Origin: Burkholderiales bacterium
GTDB taxonomy: Bacteria > Pseudomonadota > Gammaproteobacteria > Burkholderiales > JACQAP01
NCBI GenBank assembly: GCA_035275265.1
Contig: DATENC010000025.1
Span: 10,230 to 74,229, forward strand
Direction of reading: 5' to 3'
DNA length: 64,000 nt
Shown here: piece after piece, positions 27,764 through 39,460 of the stretch
Position numbering within the stretch: the first letter of the stretch is position 1
How the letters are laid out: the number at the start of each line of letters is the position of its first letter
Notes under the pieces: model-generated
What the model saw: only the letters and a program-made list of their open reading frames with translations
The model's database searches: none
Told to the model about the DNA's origin: nothing
Position numbers and translations under genes: made by a program

Positions 27764-29968
27764 TTACGCGGAGCCGCCGATGTTTTCCGGGGTGAACGGC
27801 AGGGTACGGCAACGTTTGCCGCAAGCGGCAAAGATCGCATTGCCGATGGCCGGCTGAATCACCGCAGTGCCTGGCTCGCCCAAACCGCCTGGCGTGCTAT
27901 CGCTCTTGATAAAGTGAATATCCAGGACCTTCGGATTTTCGTTGATCCGCGCAACGCGATACATGTCGAAGTTGGTCTGCTCGACACCACCGTTCTTGAC
28001 GGTGATCTCGCCCCACATGCACGCCGATTGGCCGAAGTTGATCGTCGACTGCATCTGGGCCAGCGCCTGATCCGGGTGAATCAGGGTACCGGCGTCGACC
28101 ACGGCGGTGACTTTATCGACCGTCACGTCGTAGGCTGAGGATACGGTCACTTCCGCGACCATCGCAATCACGGTGTTATAGCCTTCCATCACCGCGACTC
28201 CCATGCCTTTGCCAGCGCCGACCTTCTTGCCCCAGCCGGATTTGGCCCGAACTTCTTCCAGGACGCGTTTCATCCGGGCACCAACCGGCACGCCTGCGGA
28301 CAGGCCAGACCATTGATGCTTGGTCGAGCCCATGTCGAGCATGTCGATACGGTACTGGATCGGGTCCTTCCCTGCGGCTTGGGCCATCTCGTCGATGAAG
28401 CACTCGAGGGCCACTGCGTTCAGGTTGTGTGACACCGCACGCCAATAACCCGGGGTCACGCCAGTGTCGTGCATCTGGTAGGTGAACTTCAGGTTGGGCG
28501 TGGTATACGGGTAGTTGTCGATACCCTCAACCGCGAACGGGTCGATACCATCCTTCACGATGCTCGGGAACAACCGTGCGGAAATCGACGGGCTGGTGGA
28601 ATGGAAACGCATGGCAACCGGCTTGCCACCCGAGTCCAGACCGGCCGTCAGCGTATACAGGCCCGCCGGGCGGTAGGAATCGTGCGTCATGTCGTCTTCA
28701 CGGCTCCACAGCATCTTCACCGGCGCACCGACTGCCTTGGAGATCTCCGCTGCGTCGATGGCATAGTCCACTTCCACGCGACGACCGAAGCCGCCGCCCA
28801 GGAAGGTCGTATGTACTTCGACCTGCTCGGGCTTCAGGCCCGTTGCACCCGCGACTACGTGCGGGATCAGTTGCTGGAACTGTGTTGGGGTAATGATCAC
28901 CGCCTTGTCGGCGCGCACATCAGCCGTGGTGTTCTGCGGCTCCATGGGCGAGTGCGACAGGAACGGCAGCTGGTAAGTGGACTCGACGGTTTTCACCGCC
29001 TGGCCCATGCCCGCAGCTACATCGCCCTGCTCACGGAACACCGCGCCCGGCTGTTGTGACGCCTGACGCAGGCCTTCCCAGATCTTCTTCTGGTCGTTGT
29101 CGCCGTTCGGACCGGCATCCCACTGGACCAAAAGCAGATCCTTGCCCTTCTTGGCCTGCCAGTACGAAGTCGCCACCACTGCGACACCGCGGCTGTATTG
29201 CACCACCGCCTTGACTCCGGGCAGCGACTTGGCGCGCGAATCGTCGTAGCTGGCGACCTTGCCGCCGATCATCGGTGCCATCGCGACCGCGGCGTAGAGC
29301 ATGCCGGGCACGCGGGTATCGATACCGAATTGCGCGGTACCGTTCACTTTGGCAACCGTATCGAGGCGTTTCTGCTTCATGTTGCCGACAACCTTGAACT
29401 GGCTCGATGGCTTGAGCGGAACGTCCTTCGGCACTTCCATCGTCGCCGCCTTGGCAGCGAGTTGGCCGTAGGTGGCTTTCTTGCCGCCGGGGCCGGTAAC
29501 CATGCCGTTGGCCGCCTTCAGTTGCGAAGCGTCAACGCCCCACTCGCTGGCTGCAGCAGCAACCAACATCATGCGGGCAGAAGCTCCAGCCTTGCGCAGC
29601 TTCTCCCAGGCGTCACGCACCGCCGTCGAACCGCCAGTGAGCTGACCGCCCAGCAGGGCATTGATGTAAACCTCAGCAGGCGGAGCAAACTCCACCTTGA
29701 CCTTGTTGATATCGACTTCGAGTTCTTCGGTTACCAGCATCGTCATCGACGTGTAGACGTCCTGGCCCATTTCGGACCGGGCGCACATGATGGTGACGTT
29801 GTTGTCTGTACCGATCTTGATCCAGGCATTAGGCGAACTGGTTTCCGCGGCCGCTTGCGCGATGCGCGGTCGGGTGGGCAGATAGAAACCGAGCGCCAGT
29901 CCTCCGGCGACGGTGCCGCTGACCTTCAGGAAGTCACGACGCGTTTCGTTTTTGATGATGTTTTCCAT
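27764..29968 (-). CDS. molybdopterin-binding subunit of an aldehyde oxidase/xanthine dehydrogenase-family hydroxylase (IorB-like)
   Basis: Tat signal RRDFLKVSGTVAGGLALG. 734 aa with the IorB-type layout, paired with a 2Fe-2S small subunit. Confidence 0.85.
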   Translation of the reverse strand: MENIIKNETRRDFLKVSGTVAGGLALGFYLPTRPRIAQAAAETSSPNAWIKIGTDNNVTIMCARSEMGQDVYTSMTMLVTEELEVDINKVKVEFAPPAEVYINALLGGQLTGGSTAVRDAWEKLRKAGASARMMLVAAAASEWGVDASQLKAANGMVTGPGGKKATYGQLAAKAATMEVPKDVPLKPSSQFKVVGNMKQKRLDTVAKVNGTAQFGIDTRVPGMLYAAVAMAPMIGGKVASYDDSRAKSLPGVKAVVQYSRGVAVVATSYWQAKKGKDLLLVQWDAGPNGDNDQKKIWEGLRQASQQPGAVFREQGDVAAGMGQAVKTVESTYQLPFLSHSPMEPQNTTADVRADKAVIITPTQFQQLIPHVVAGATGLKPEQVEVHTTFLGGGFGRRVEVDYAIDAAEISKAVGAPVKMLWSREDDMTHDSYRPAGLYTLTAGLDSGGKPVAMRFHSTSPSISARLFPSIVKDGIDPFAVEGIDNYPYTTPNLKFTYQMHDTGVTPGYWRAVSHNLNAVALECFIDEMAQAAGKDPIQYRIDMLDMGSTKHQWSGLSAGVPVGARMKRVLEEVRAKSGWGKKVGAGKGMGVAVMEGYNTVIAMVAEVTVSSAYDVTVDKVTAVVDAGTLIHPDQALAQMQSTINFGQSACMWGEITVKNGGVEQTNFDMYRVARINENPKVLDIHFIKSDSTPGGLGEPGTAVIQPAIGNAIFAACGKRCRTLPFTPENIGGSA

Positions 29969-29979
29969 GTGTCACCTCC

Positions 29980-30429
29980 TTATGCCATCTTCGCAGCTTC
30001 TTTGATCGCTGCGCGAATCCGCGGATACGTGCCACAGCGGCAAATGTTGCCGGACATGAAGGCATCGATATCATCATCGGTGGGTTTCTTGTTGGCTGCG
30101 AGCAGCGCGGCCGCCGACATCATCTGGCCAGGCTGGCAGTAGCCGCACTGCGGGACATCCAGTGCAACCCATGCCTTCTGAACCTTGTGGTTTCCGCCCA
30201 GTCCTTCGATCGTGGTGACTTTCTGACCGGCAACGGATCCGACCGGCGTTTGACAGGAGCGAACTGCCATTCCGTTCAGATGCACCGTACAGGCTCCGCA
30301 GAGCGCCTTGCCGCAACCAAACTTGGTGCCCGTAAGGCCCAAGGTATCGCGGAGCACCCACAGCAGAGGGGTATCCGGCGGGACGTCTACGTCCGATGGT
30401 TTTCCATTAACGTTGAACGAGATCTTCAT
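29980..30429 (-). CDS. [2Fe-2S]-binding small subunit (IorA-like)
   Basis: [12 protein letters not shown] and CGYCQPG ... CRCGTY cysteine clusters. Trimmed to [10 protein letters not shown]. Confidence 0.85.
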   Translation of the reverse strand: MKISFNVNGKPSDVDVPPDTPLLWVLRDTLGLTGTKFGCGKALCGACTVHLNGMAVRSCQTPVGSVAGQKVTTIEGLGGNHKVQKAWVALDVPQCGYCQPGQMMSAAALLAANKKPTDDDIDAFMSGNICRCGTYPRIRAAIKEAAKMA

Positions 30430-30884
30430 TGCAAAACTCCCCCTTTGAGCAGTAGTGAGGAATGAAATTGAAATACGTAACAACTCTGGTTACCCGGGCA
30501 CGATACGCGAATAGAAACGGCCTTTCAACTCATTACCGCGCATTGTTCGCGTGGCGCAAAGGCATCGCAGCCCAGATTGTCGATGGCCTTCAAAGCCACG
30601 CCCGGCGCGCCTTTGCGGGCGACGACTTTATTGCGGAAATTCAGCGTATTCGGGACAGGTGTTCAGGTCGCAGCAGAACTGCGATGTTGCGTTGCAATAA
30701 TCACCTCATGTAAATCTGACATCGGGCAACCGGATTCAGTCACCGGATTCCGGCACCACTGACTTGCGCCGGTGCCGCACGATTCCCTCGTCAAACCTCC
30801 GCGCGATACGCGCAAACGATCAGTTCCACCTAGCGTTTGGCATTGCCTCGTCGAAACGGAAGTTGAAAGGTGCGACGCGCATAG

Positions 30885-32102
<1,218 letters not shown>

Positions 32103-32210
32103 GTCTTTATCCCTGAATTTGTGCGTGCGGCAATTGAGTGGGAGGAAGTTGCATTGATGCTGTCCCGGCCAACGATGGCTGGGAAGGCATTTTGGCGTCC
32201 AGCAAAATGG

Positions 32211-33650
32211 TCAGCCGCTTTTCGATGGCAGCCGTACCTGGACCGATTTGAATTCGAGGAACTCTTCCAGTCCGTACTTGCCGAGTTCGCGCCCGCGGCC
32301 CGATTGCTTGAAACCGCCGAACGGTGCGTTGATATTGAACGGACCGCCGTTTATATCGATCTGCCCGGCACGCAGACGCTTCGCCACACGCTGCGCACGT
32401 GCACCATCCAACGACCAAACTGCTGCAGCCAAGCCGTACACCGTGCCATTGGCGATCTGAACCGCTTCGTCTTCATTGCCGTAGGGGATGATGGAGAGCA
32501 CCGGTCCGAAAATCTCTTCCTGCGCAATCGTGGCGCGTGGCTGCACGCGTCCGAACACGGTCGGCTTGACATAGCAGCCCTTGCTCAGTCCCTCTGGCAT
32601 GTCCGCACCGCCGGCAAGCAGTTCCGCGCCTTCTTCGATTCCCTTGCGGATATAGGAGCGCACCCGTTCCTGCTGCGCCTTCGACACCACGGGCCCCAGT
32701 TTGGCCTCTGCGCCAAACGGGTCGCCGACATTGAACGTCGCGGCGATTTCGACAGCCAACCGCGCCGCTTCGTCATACCGCGACGCCGGCACCAGCATGC
32801 GTGTGAGAGCATTGCAGGTCTGGCCGGAATTGAGGAAGCAGGAATTGAGCACGCTCTTCACCGCGACGCTGAAATCGGCGTCATCGAGCAACACCGCGGC
32901 CGACTTGCCGCCCAGTTCCAACGCGACGCGCTTGACCGTGCCGGCGCCGAGTTCCGAAACGCGCTTCCCGGCGCGAGTGGACCCGGTAAAGGAAATCATG
33001 TCGACTTCGGGATTCTTCGCCAAAGCTTCGCCGACCAATGCTCCGGTCCCCGTCACCAGATTGAACACGCCAGCCGGCAGGCCGACGTTGTGAATGATGT
33101 CGGCAAGAATGTAGGCGTTAAGCGGCGCGACCTCGGACGGCTTGAGAATAACGGTACAGCCGGCAGCCAGTGCCGGCGCCACTTTTGCGGCGATCTGGTG
33201 CAATGGGTAGTTCCATGGTGTGATACAGGCCACCACGCCTACCGCTTCACGGGACACGCGCGAATTGCCGATTTCCTCTTCGAAGGCAAATGCCGGCGTT
33301 AGCCCGGCGTAAAGCCCGAAACTCGCCTGCGGCAGATACGCCTGTATTCGCGCAGCCATTTTGAGAGGCATGCCGACTTCTGTGGTGATGGCGCGGGCGA
33401 TCTCGTCTGCGCGTGCCACCAGTTGTTCGTGGATCTTCTTCAGCCATGCCGCGCGTTCGGTGGGTTTCGTTGCCGACCAAGCCGGGAACGCCTTGCGAGC
33501 TGCAGCCACTGCACGTTCGGCGTCTGCCGCGGTACCGGCAGGGATTCGGCCTATCACTTCTTCGGTCGAAGGGGAGACCACGGCTATCGTCTGGTTAGAC
33601 GACGAGGTGGTCCATTGACCATCGATGTAAATCTTATCCGTGTTTTGCAT
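32211..33650 (-). CDS. NAD(P)-dependent aldehyde dehydrogenase
   Basis: Catalytic motifs ELGGKSA and [10 protein letters not shown]. Trimmed to [13 protein letters not shown] (the longer ORF reaches 33941). Confidence 0.85.
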   Translation of the reverse strand: MQNTDKIYIDGQWTTSSSNQTIAVVSPSTEEVIGRIPAGTAADAERAVAAARKAFPAWSATKPTERAAWLKKIHEQLVARADEIARAITTEVGMPLKMAARIQAYLPQASFGLYAGLTPAFAFEEEIGNSRVSREAVGVVACITPWNYPLHQIAAKVAPALAAGCTVILKPSEVAPLNAYILADIIHNVGLPAGVFNLVTGTGALVGEALAKNPEVDMISFTGSTRAGKRVSELGAGTVKRVALELGGKSAAVLLDDADFSVAVKSVLNSCFLNSGQTCNALTRMLVPASRYDEAARLAVEIAATFNVGDPFGAEAKLGPVVSKAQQERVRSYIRKGIEEGAELLAGGADMPEGLSKGCYVKPTVFGRVQPRATIAQEEIFGPVLSIIPYGNEDEAVQIANGTVYGLAAAVWSLDGARAQRVAKRLRAGQIDINGGPFNINAPFGGFKQSGRGRELGKYGLEEFLEFKSVQVRLPSKSG

Positions 33651-33831
33651 GATTGCAATTCTCGAAGCCGCCTTGTGAAAGCGCGCCGGTATCGGCGTGG
33701 GCATTTCAGGCGACGGACTATTTAAGGGATGGAGGCCGCAAACGCAATTGTACGAAGTATGACACTGTCGGAAAGCTCTGCATAAGTCCCGCATGCGGGA
33801 CCGAGTCGATTCGGGCCCTAGCCGCGCTTTT

Positions 33832-34284
33832 TCAAGCCGGGCTCGCGACGGCGTCGGTCGGTGCCGTGTGCTCGAATGTCTTGATGGCTTTGCGCAGAAA
33901 GTCCGGCAGTGCCGCCGATTTGCGGGTTGCCGGGTCGGCATTTACATAGACCACCCTGCCGCCGACCAGCAGTTGGTCCGCGCGATAGATCTCGATCTGG
34001 AATTCGAAACTCGATCGCCCCAGCCGCACAACCCGCACGCACACGTCGATCTCGTCGTCGTAGCCGGCCGACGCGTGATATTCCACCTCGGCCTTTTTTA
34101 CGTAGAGATCGGTTCCGTGCTGTGCCAGTCCCTCGGGATAGGGATACCCCAGCGCGCGGTAATACTCCGTGATCGCCACGTCGAAGTACATCAGGTAGTG
34201 GCCGTTGAACACGATGCCCTGCTTGTCCACCTCGGCCCAGCGTACCCGCATGCGGTGCGCGAATCTGAAGTCCGTTCTTGCCAT
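33832..34284 (-). CDS. acyl-CoA thioesterase (4HBT/YbgC-like hotdog fold)
   Basis: [30 protein letters not shown], typical of YbgC/FcoT-type thioesterases. Confidence 0.75.
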   Translation of the reverse strand: MARTDFRFAHRMRVRWAEVDKQGIVFNGHYLMYFDVAITEYYRALGYPYPEGLAQHGTDLYVKKAEVEYHASAGYDDEIDVCVRVVRLGRSSFEFQIEIYRADQLLVGGRVVYVNADPATRKSAALPDFLRKAIKTFEHTAPTDAVASPA

Positions 34285-34309
34285 TGTTGTTTGTTTGCGC
34301 GACCGGTTG

Positions 34310-35095
34310 CTAGTCGAAGCGATACGCATCCATCGCGAAGACGCCGAATGTGTGGCTGCGGTGAATGCGCTTGCCGGCCATCCCTGCCGAACCCGCTCCG
34401 GCGGGCACGAACAGTGGCAGGAAATGTTCTTCGGTCGGATGGTTGCGCGCGGCGTGCGGCCCCAGACTGCGATAGCGAACCAGATCCTCGGATTTCCCGC
34501 TCTCGATGGTCTGCGCCAGCCATTCCTGGAATCCCGTCACCCACTGCGGCGGATCTGTTCCTTCGGGGTAGCGTCCGAACTCGCCCAGATTGTGCGTAAC
34601 ACCGCCGGAACCCAGGATCAACACACCTTCGTCGCGCAGGCCGCGCAGCGCTTCTCCCAGCTTGAAGTGATGCGCCGGGCCCAACGCAGTCTGTACCGTG
34701 AGTTGTGTCACCGGAACGTCGGCATCCGGATACATGAGCATCAGCGGCACCCAGGCTCCATGGTCCAGACCGCGAGTGGGATGCACGCGCGCCACGATCC
34801 CGTTCTCGCCGAGCAATGTCTTCGCCCGTGCCGCCAGCTCGGGCGCACCGGGGGCGGAATAGTGGATTCGATAGAGCTCATCGGGAAAACCGCGGAAATC
34901 GTAAATCGTTTCCGGTCGTGCAGCCGCGCTTACCGAGGCGTCGCTGCTTTCCCAGTGCGCAGACACGGTGAGAATCGCCTTGGGCTTGCCGAGAGTCCTG
35001 CCCAGTCCGGAGAGGAACTCGCGGGCCGGGCCCGGCTGGATCGCGAGCAGCGGCGCACCGTGAGAAACGAAAATCGTGGGGAAACGCTCAGCCAT
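34310..35095 (-). CDS. class III extradiol dioxygenase (LigB/YgiD, 4,5-DOPA dioxygenase-like)
   Basis: IFVSHGAPLLAI ... SAHW ... ILGSGGVTHN motifs. Confidence 0.75.
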   Translation of the reverse strand: MAERFPTIFVSHGAPLLAIQPGPAREFLSGLGRTLGKPKAILTVSAHWESSDASVSAAARPETIYDFRGFPDELYRIHYSAPGAPELAARAKTLLGENGIVARVHPTRGLDHGAWVPLMLMYPDADVPVTQLTVQTALGPAHHFKLGEALRGLRDEGVLILGSGGVTHNLGEFGRYPEGTDPPQWVTGFQEWLAQTIESGKSEDLVRYRSLGPHAARNHPTEEHFLPLFVPAGAGSAGMAGKRIHRSHTFGVFAMDAYRFD

Positions 35096-35549
35096 AGCGG
35101 CGCCCGACCCATTCCGCCACCAGAACCGGTTTCTCCTGACCCTCGCATTGCATCGCCACGTCCCAGATCATCTGCACGCCGCCTTCTATGCGTTGAAACT
35201 CTTTCAGTTTGAGCCGGGCGCGCAGCCGCGATCCCGATTTCACCGGCGCGGTGAAGCGTAGGCGGTTGCAGCCGTAGTTCACACCCATTTTGGAACTACC
35301 GAACTCCAGCGAATTATTGAGGAAGTGGCTCAACAACGACAGGGTCAGGAAACCGTGCGCAATGGTGGTACCGAACGGCGACTCGCGACGCGCGCGCTCT
35401 ACGTCGACGTGGATCCACTGATGGTCGCCGGTGGCGTCGGCAAACTGATCGATGCGTTCCTGTGTGATCTCGAGCCAGTCGCTCACCACGACCTCCTGCC
35501 CGACCTTTGCCTCCAACTCCTCCAGCTTTCCGAATACCACTCGCGCCAT
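35088..35549 (-). CDS. MaoC-like (R)-specific enoyl-CoA hydratase / dehydratase
   Basis: Hotdog-fold motif DQFADATGDHQWIHVDVERA...FGTTIAHG. Confidence 0.75.
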   Translation of the reverse strand: MARVVFGKLEELEAKVGQEVVVSDWLEITQERIDQFADATGDHQWIHVDVERARRESPFGTTIAHGFLTLSLLSHFLNNSLEFGSSKMGVNYGCNRLRFTAPVKSGSRLRARLKLKEFQRIEGGVQMIWDVAMQCEGQEKPVLVAEWVGRRYG

Positions 35550-35662
35550 GCTGATCGTCTCCTCGTTGCGTCACCCGCAGATTACCGGATTCGTTGCGCA
35601 TACGCATTGCGCCGAAACCCCGCGCCCCGGAGAATGACAGCACCAGCTAGAGGGGGAGGCAA

Positions 35663-36580
35663 ATGGATATCGGCATCGTGGGTCTCGGGCGCATGGGCGC
35701 CAATATGGCGCGGCGGCTGGCGCGCAAAGGCGTGCGGGTGGCGGCGCACGATGTCAGCCCGGTGGCACGCAGCGCGGTCGAACAAGAACACGGCATCACT
35801 GCGCATTCCGAAACGAACAACGTGATCGCAGCTCTGCCGGCACCTCGGGTCGTGTGGCTGATGCTGCCCGCCGGGGAAGTCACTGGGAAAGCACTGGAAC
35901 AAGTCGCTCCCCTGCTCTCTAAAGGCGATGTACTGGTGGACGGCGGCAATGCCCACTACAAGGATTCGCAGCGGCGTGCGGGGTGGTTAGCCGAGCGCAG
36001 CATCGGCTTCGTCGATGCGGGAGTCTCCGGCGGCGTCTGGGGACTCGACAACGGCTACGCGTTGATGCTGGGTGGTGCCAAGGAAGCCTGCGCACGCGTC
36101 GAGCCATTCGCACGCCTGCTGGCGCCCGCACCCGACCGCGGCTGGATGCGCTGCGGCCCGGCGGGCTCGGGGCACTATGTAAAGATGATCCACAACGGCA
36201 TCGAGTACGGAATGATGCAGGCCTACGCCGAAGGCCTGTCGCTTCTCAAGGCCAAATCCGAATTCGGCCTGGATCTCGCCGCGATCACGGAGATGTGGCG
36301 TCATGGCAGCGTGGTTCGCTCCTGGTTGCTCGATCTGGTTGCCGACTTTCTCAAAAATGATCGTTCGTTGGAAACGATCAAGCCGCTGGTTGCCGATTCC
36401 GGTGAGGGCCGCTGGACTGCGATCGAAGCGGTGGAACTGGGTATTCCCGCACCGGTAATGAGCCTGGCGCTGATGGTGCGATTTGCCAGCCGAGGACACG
36501 ACGATTACGCCGCGAAACTGCTGGCGATGATGCGCGCCGGTTTCGGCGGCCATCCCGTGCATTCGGCGGATAAGAAATGA
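35663..36580 (+). CDS. 6-phosphogluconate dehydrogenase-like (short, decarboxylating type)
   Basis: MDIGIVGLGRMGANMARRL Rossmann motif, GSGHYVKMIHNGIEYG, about 300 aa. Confidence 0.8.
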   Translation: MDIGIVGLGRMGANMARRLARKGVRVAAHDVSPVARSAVEQEHGITAHSETNNVIAALPAPRVVWLMLPAGEVTGKALEQVAPLLSKGDVLVDGGNAHYKDSQRRAGWLAERSIGFVDAGVSGGVWGLDNGYALMLGGAKEACARVEPFARLLAPAPDRGWMRCGPAGSGHYVKMIHNGIEYGMMQAYAEGLSLLKAKSEFGLDLAAITEMWRHGSVVRSWLLDLVADFLKNDRSLETIKPLVADSGEGRWTAIEAVELGIPAPVMSLALMVRFASRGHDDYAAKLLAMMRAGFGGHPVHSADKK

Positions 36581-37080
36581 TCATTGTATTGATGGGCGTA
36601 TCGGGCGCCGGCAAGACCACGGTCGGAGAACGGCTTTCCGAGCGGCTCGGCTGGCCGCTTTTGGACGCAGATGCATTTCACCCGCCGGCCAATATCGAAA
36701 AGATGCGTTCCGGAATTCCTCTCACTGATGAGGACCGTTGGCCGTGGCTCGACCGGCTCAACGGCCTGCTCAAAGAGAACGATTCGAATGGTGCGAGTGC
36801 GTTGCTGGCCTGCTCTGCGCTCAAGCAGAAGTATCGCGACCGTCTCGCGGTTGGCTGCAGCAACCTGCGCTGGGTGTACCTCAAAGGCAGCTTCGAATTG
36901 ATCGAGGCGAGGCTGAAGGCCCGGAAGGGACATTACATGAAGGCGGGACTCCTCGAGTCGCAGTTTGCCGCGCTCGAAGAACCCGTTGACGCAATTACTG
37001 CCGACATCGGTGCCGCTCCTGAAGCGATCGCAGACGCGGTGGAGGCCGCGCTCACGTCCGCTGCGGGATCTCATCGGTGA
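36577..37080 (+). CDS. gntK: gluconokinase
   Basis: MIIVLMGVSGAGKTTVGERLSERLGWPLLDADAFHPPANIEKM...LTDEDRWPWL. ATGA overlap with the upstream gene. Confidence 0.85.
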   Translation: MIIVLMGVSGAGKTTVGERLSERLGWPLLDADAFHPPANIEKMRSGIPLTDEDRWPWLDRLNGLLKENDSNGASALLACSALKQKYRDRLAVGCSNLRWVYLKGSFELIEARLKARKGHYMKAGLLESQFAALEEPVDAITADIGAAPEAIADAVEAALTSAAGSHR

Positions 37081-37616
37081 GTACAATCCATCAATGCGTC
37101 GCGTTTGCCTTGTTGTTCTGCCCGACGGCACTGGCAACCGCGTGGGAAGCCGATGCGCCGGCACCCAAAATTGCCGCAGTCATGGATTTCGAGTTGATCG
37201 ACGACATGCGCGACTACGAACGCCCCGAGGTCAAGGACGCCCAGGACCGGAGGATCGGCCTCATCAGCGATGCGCTGCGCCAAGAATTACTTCAGCGCGG
37301 GATGTACCGACTAGCGGACAATGCCGCGGCCGCAAAACTCATCTCTAACCTGAGGGCGCAACAGGATCTGCGCGATTGCAACGGCTGCGAGATCGACATC
37401 GGCAGGGCGCTCGGTGCCGAAGTCATCATCATCGGCTGGGTGCAGAAGGTCAGCAACCTGATCCTCAACATCAACATCCAAGTCAGGGAAGTAAGCTCCG
37501 GCAGGATGCTATACGTGAAATCGGTGGATCTGCGCAGCAACTCGGACAACTCATGGCTGCGCGGTATCCGCTATATGGTGGACAGCATCGAAGAGAAGAA
37601 GCAGCACCTGCGCTGA
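37077..37616 (+). CDS. secreted protein of unknown function (LpoB/CsgG-like small periplasmic fold?)
   Basis: Signal peptide, then AAVMDFELIDD ... GAEVIIIGWVQKVSNLILNINIQVREVSSGRML pattern. GTGA overlap with gntK. Confidence 0.5.
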   Translation: MSTIHQCVAFALLFCPTALATAWEADAPAPKIAAVMDFELIDDMRDYERPEVKDAQDRRIGLISDALRQELLQRGMYRLADNAAAAKLISNLRAQQDLRDCNGCEIDIGRALGAEVIIIGWVQKVSNLILNINIQVREVSSGRMLYVKSVDLRSNSDNSWLRGIRYMVDSIEEKKQHLR

Positions 37617-37641
37617 CAGACGGAACAGGTTGCTGTTCGTG

Positions 37642-38406
37642 TCAGCCTTTGAAGCGCGCAGCGACCGCCGCGCTTTCGCGGACGAGCAAGAACTGATCCG
37701 AGGTTACGGCGACGAACAACGCGCCAAGCTCGAGCCAGCGCTTGGCGTCCGCTTCGGCAAAGGCGAGTATCCCCGGCGCCTTGCCCGCCTTGCGAATGCG
37801 CTTGATCGCATCGGCCATCGCCGCCTGCACCTCGGGATGTCCCGGGTTGCCCAGATGGCCGAAGTCGGCAGCGAGGTCCTGCGGTCCGATGAAAATGCCG
37901 TCGATGCCGTCGACGGCCGCCGTTTTCTCGATCTCCGCCAGGGCCGCCCGCGTCTCCACCTGCACGATCAGGCAGATCTCGCTGTCGGCGTGGGCAAAAT
38001 AATCCTTTACCCTTCCGAAGCGGTTGGCGCGGGAATTGGTCGAAACGCCGCGCACGCCCCTCGGCGGGTAACGCACCGCAGCCACCGCGCGCTTTGCCTC
38101 TTCAGCGTTCTGTACGTAGGGAATTACGAACGACTGCACGCCGATGTCGAGCAGACGTTTAAGCACGACCGTATCGTTCCAGTACGGCCGCACCAGCGCG
38201 GAAACCGGATACGCCGCTATCGCGTGCAACTGGTGGTGCACTTGCGGCAAGTCCGCGGGCGCGTGCTCGGTGTCCACCAACACCCAGTCGAAGCCGGCGC
38301 TGGCGCAGATTTCGGCCGATGCGTGGCTGGCGAGGCTCAGCCAGCAACCGACCTGCGGCCGACCATCGCGCAAGGCGCGCTTGAGCTGATTGATGTACAT
38401 GTCCAT
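37642..38406 (-). CDS. HpcH/HpaI-family 2-keto-3-deoxy-acid aldolase
   Basis: GCWLSLASHASAEICASAGFDWVLVDTEHAP, typical of HpaI/YfaU aldolases. Confidence 0.8.
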   Translation of the reverse strand: MDMYINQLKRALRDGRPQVGCWLSLASHASAEICASAGFDWVLVDTEHAPADLPQVHHQLHAIAAYPVSALVRPYWNDTVVLKRLLDIGVQSFVIPYVQNAEEAKRAVAAVRYPPRGVRGVSTNSRANRFGRVKDYFAHADSEICLIVQVETRAALAEIEKTAAVDGIDGIFIGPQDLAADFGHLGNPGHPEVQAAMADAIKRIRKAGKAPGILAFAEADAKRWLELGALFVAVTSDQFLLVRESAAVAARFKG

Positions 38407-38528
38407 GACTCTCTCCCCTGACTGTTTTCGTTTGCGAGGCGCGATTGTACCGTCTCCCTGTGGGGCGCCCGCCCTTTACAGGGATGCCCGGCGCACCCGA
38501 GAATGCCACCAACTCGGAGACAACAACA

Positions 38529-39449
38529 GTGACCACACATCTTTCGTTTGAAGGCGTGTACCCGATCCTCGCGACGCCCTTCGACGACAATGAAAATCCC
38601 GATCTCGAATCTTTCGATCGGCTGGTACGCTTCATGGGCGGTCTTGGCGTGGACGGCATCACCGTCCTGGGCGTATTGGGAGAGGCCAACCGCCTGCTCG
38701 ACAGCGAACGCGCCGAGCTGATCCGCACCGCGGTTGCGGCGGCGGGAGAAATGCCGGTGATCGTCGGCTCCAGCCACAGCGGCACACGTGCAGCGACGGA
38801 ACTCGCGCAGATGGCGGAGGCTCTCGGCGCCAAAGCCGTGATGGTTACGCCGCATGCCGAGCCCGTGCCGAACGATGATCGAATTTTCGAGTACTACCGG
38901 AGCATCGGGGAAGGCATAGATATTCCGATCGTGGCACAGGATCACCCGGCCTCAACACAGGTGCACATGACGGCAGCGCTGTTGCTGAGGATCATCAATG
39001 AAGTGCCGCAGATCGCCAGCATCAAAGAGGAAGCCGTGCCGACCGCACCGAAAATCCGCGCATTGGCCGCTGGAATGAAGCAACGCAAAGTGCCGATCCT
39101 GACCGGACTCGGGGCGCTTTACGGATTGTTCGATCTGCAGGCGGGTTCGGCCGGTTTCAACACCGGCTTTGCGTTTCCTGAGGTGCTTGTGGCAATGGTA
39201 AAAGCGGCCCGAGCAGCCAATTGGGCCAAGGTGCAGGAGATCTATACGCGCTTCCTGCCGCTGATCGTGTTCGAGCAGCAGCCAGGTGTAGCGATCAGGA
39301 AAGAAATCTTGCGGCTGAGGGGCGCACTTGCGACCGGGAAAGTTCGCCATCCGGGCGCGGGGCTGCAACCAGCAACCGCGGAACAATTGCGCCAACTGAT
39401 CGAAGCTTTGCTGCCTGGTCAGGATCTTACTCGACCCGTCATCCTCTGA
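38529..39449 (+). CDS. dihydrodipicolinate synthase/N-acetylneuraminate lyase family protein
   Basis: FEGVYPILATPFDDNENPD ... GITVLGVLGEANRL. The GTG at 38529 is preceded by GGAGA; the ORF track ATG at 38445 is an alternative. Confidence 0.75.
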   Translation: MTTHLSFEGVYPILATPFDDNENPDLESFDRLVRFMGGLGVDGITVLGVLGEANRLLDSERAELIRTAVAAAGEMPVIVGSSHSGTRAATELAQMAEALGAKAVMVTPHAEPVPNDDRIFEYYRSIGEGIDIPIVAQDHPASTQVHMTAALLLRIINEVPQIASIKEEAVPTAPKIRALAAGMKQRKVPILTGLGALYGLFDLQAGSAGFNTGFAFPEVLVAMVKAARAANWAKVQEIYTRFLPLIVFEQQPGVAIRKEILRLRGALATGKVRHPGAGLQPATAEQLRQLIEALLPGQDLTRPVIL

Positions 39450-39460
39450 CCACTGACGAG

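Noticed and set aside
30484-30884. 400-bp gap between the IorA-like and acyl-CoA dehydrogenase genes, examined for a gene remnant, terminator or riboswitch.
   Set aside because: It contains only a 7-bp stem (CGGCACC...GGTGCCG, about 30751-30778) and short uninformative reading frames. Nothing there can be supported.
32211-33941. N-terminal extensions of ORF-track models (e.g. ALDH to 33941, small Cys protein to 41241, protease to 41828, kinase-fold to 55718, mch to 62022, DUF447 frame from 49818, priming transferase to 16380).
   Set aside because: The extensions overlap the upstream genes and are Arg/Pro-rich. They precede internal starts that give canonical N-termini, signal peptides or 4-nt coupling overlaps. 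The features were trimmed accordingly.
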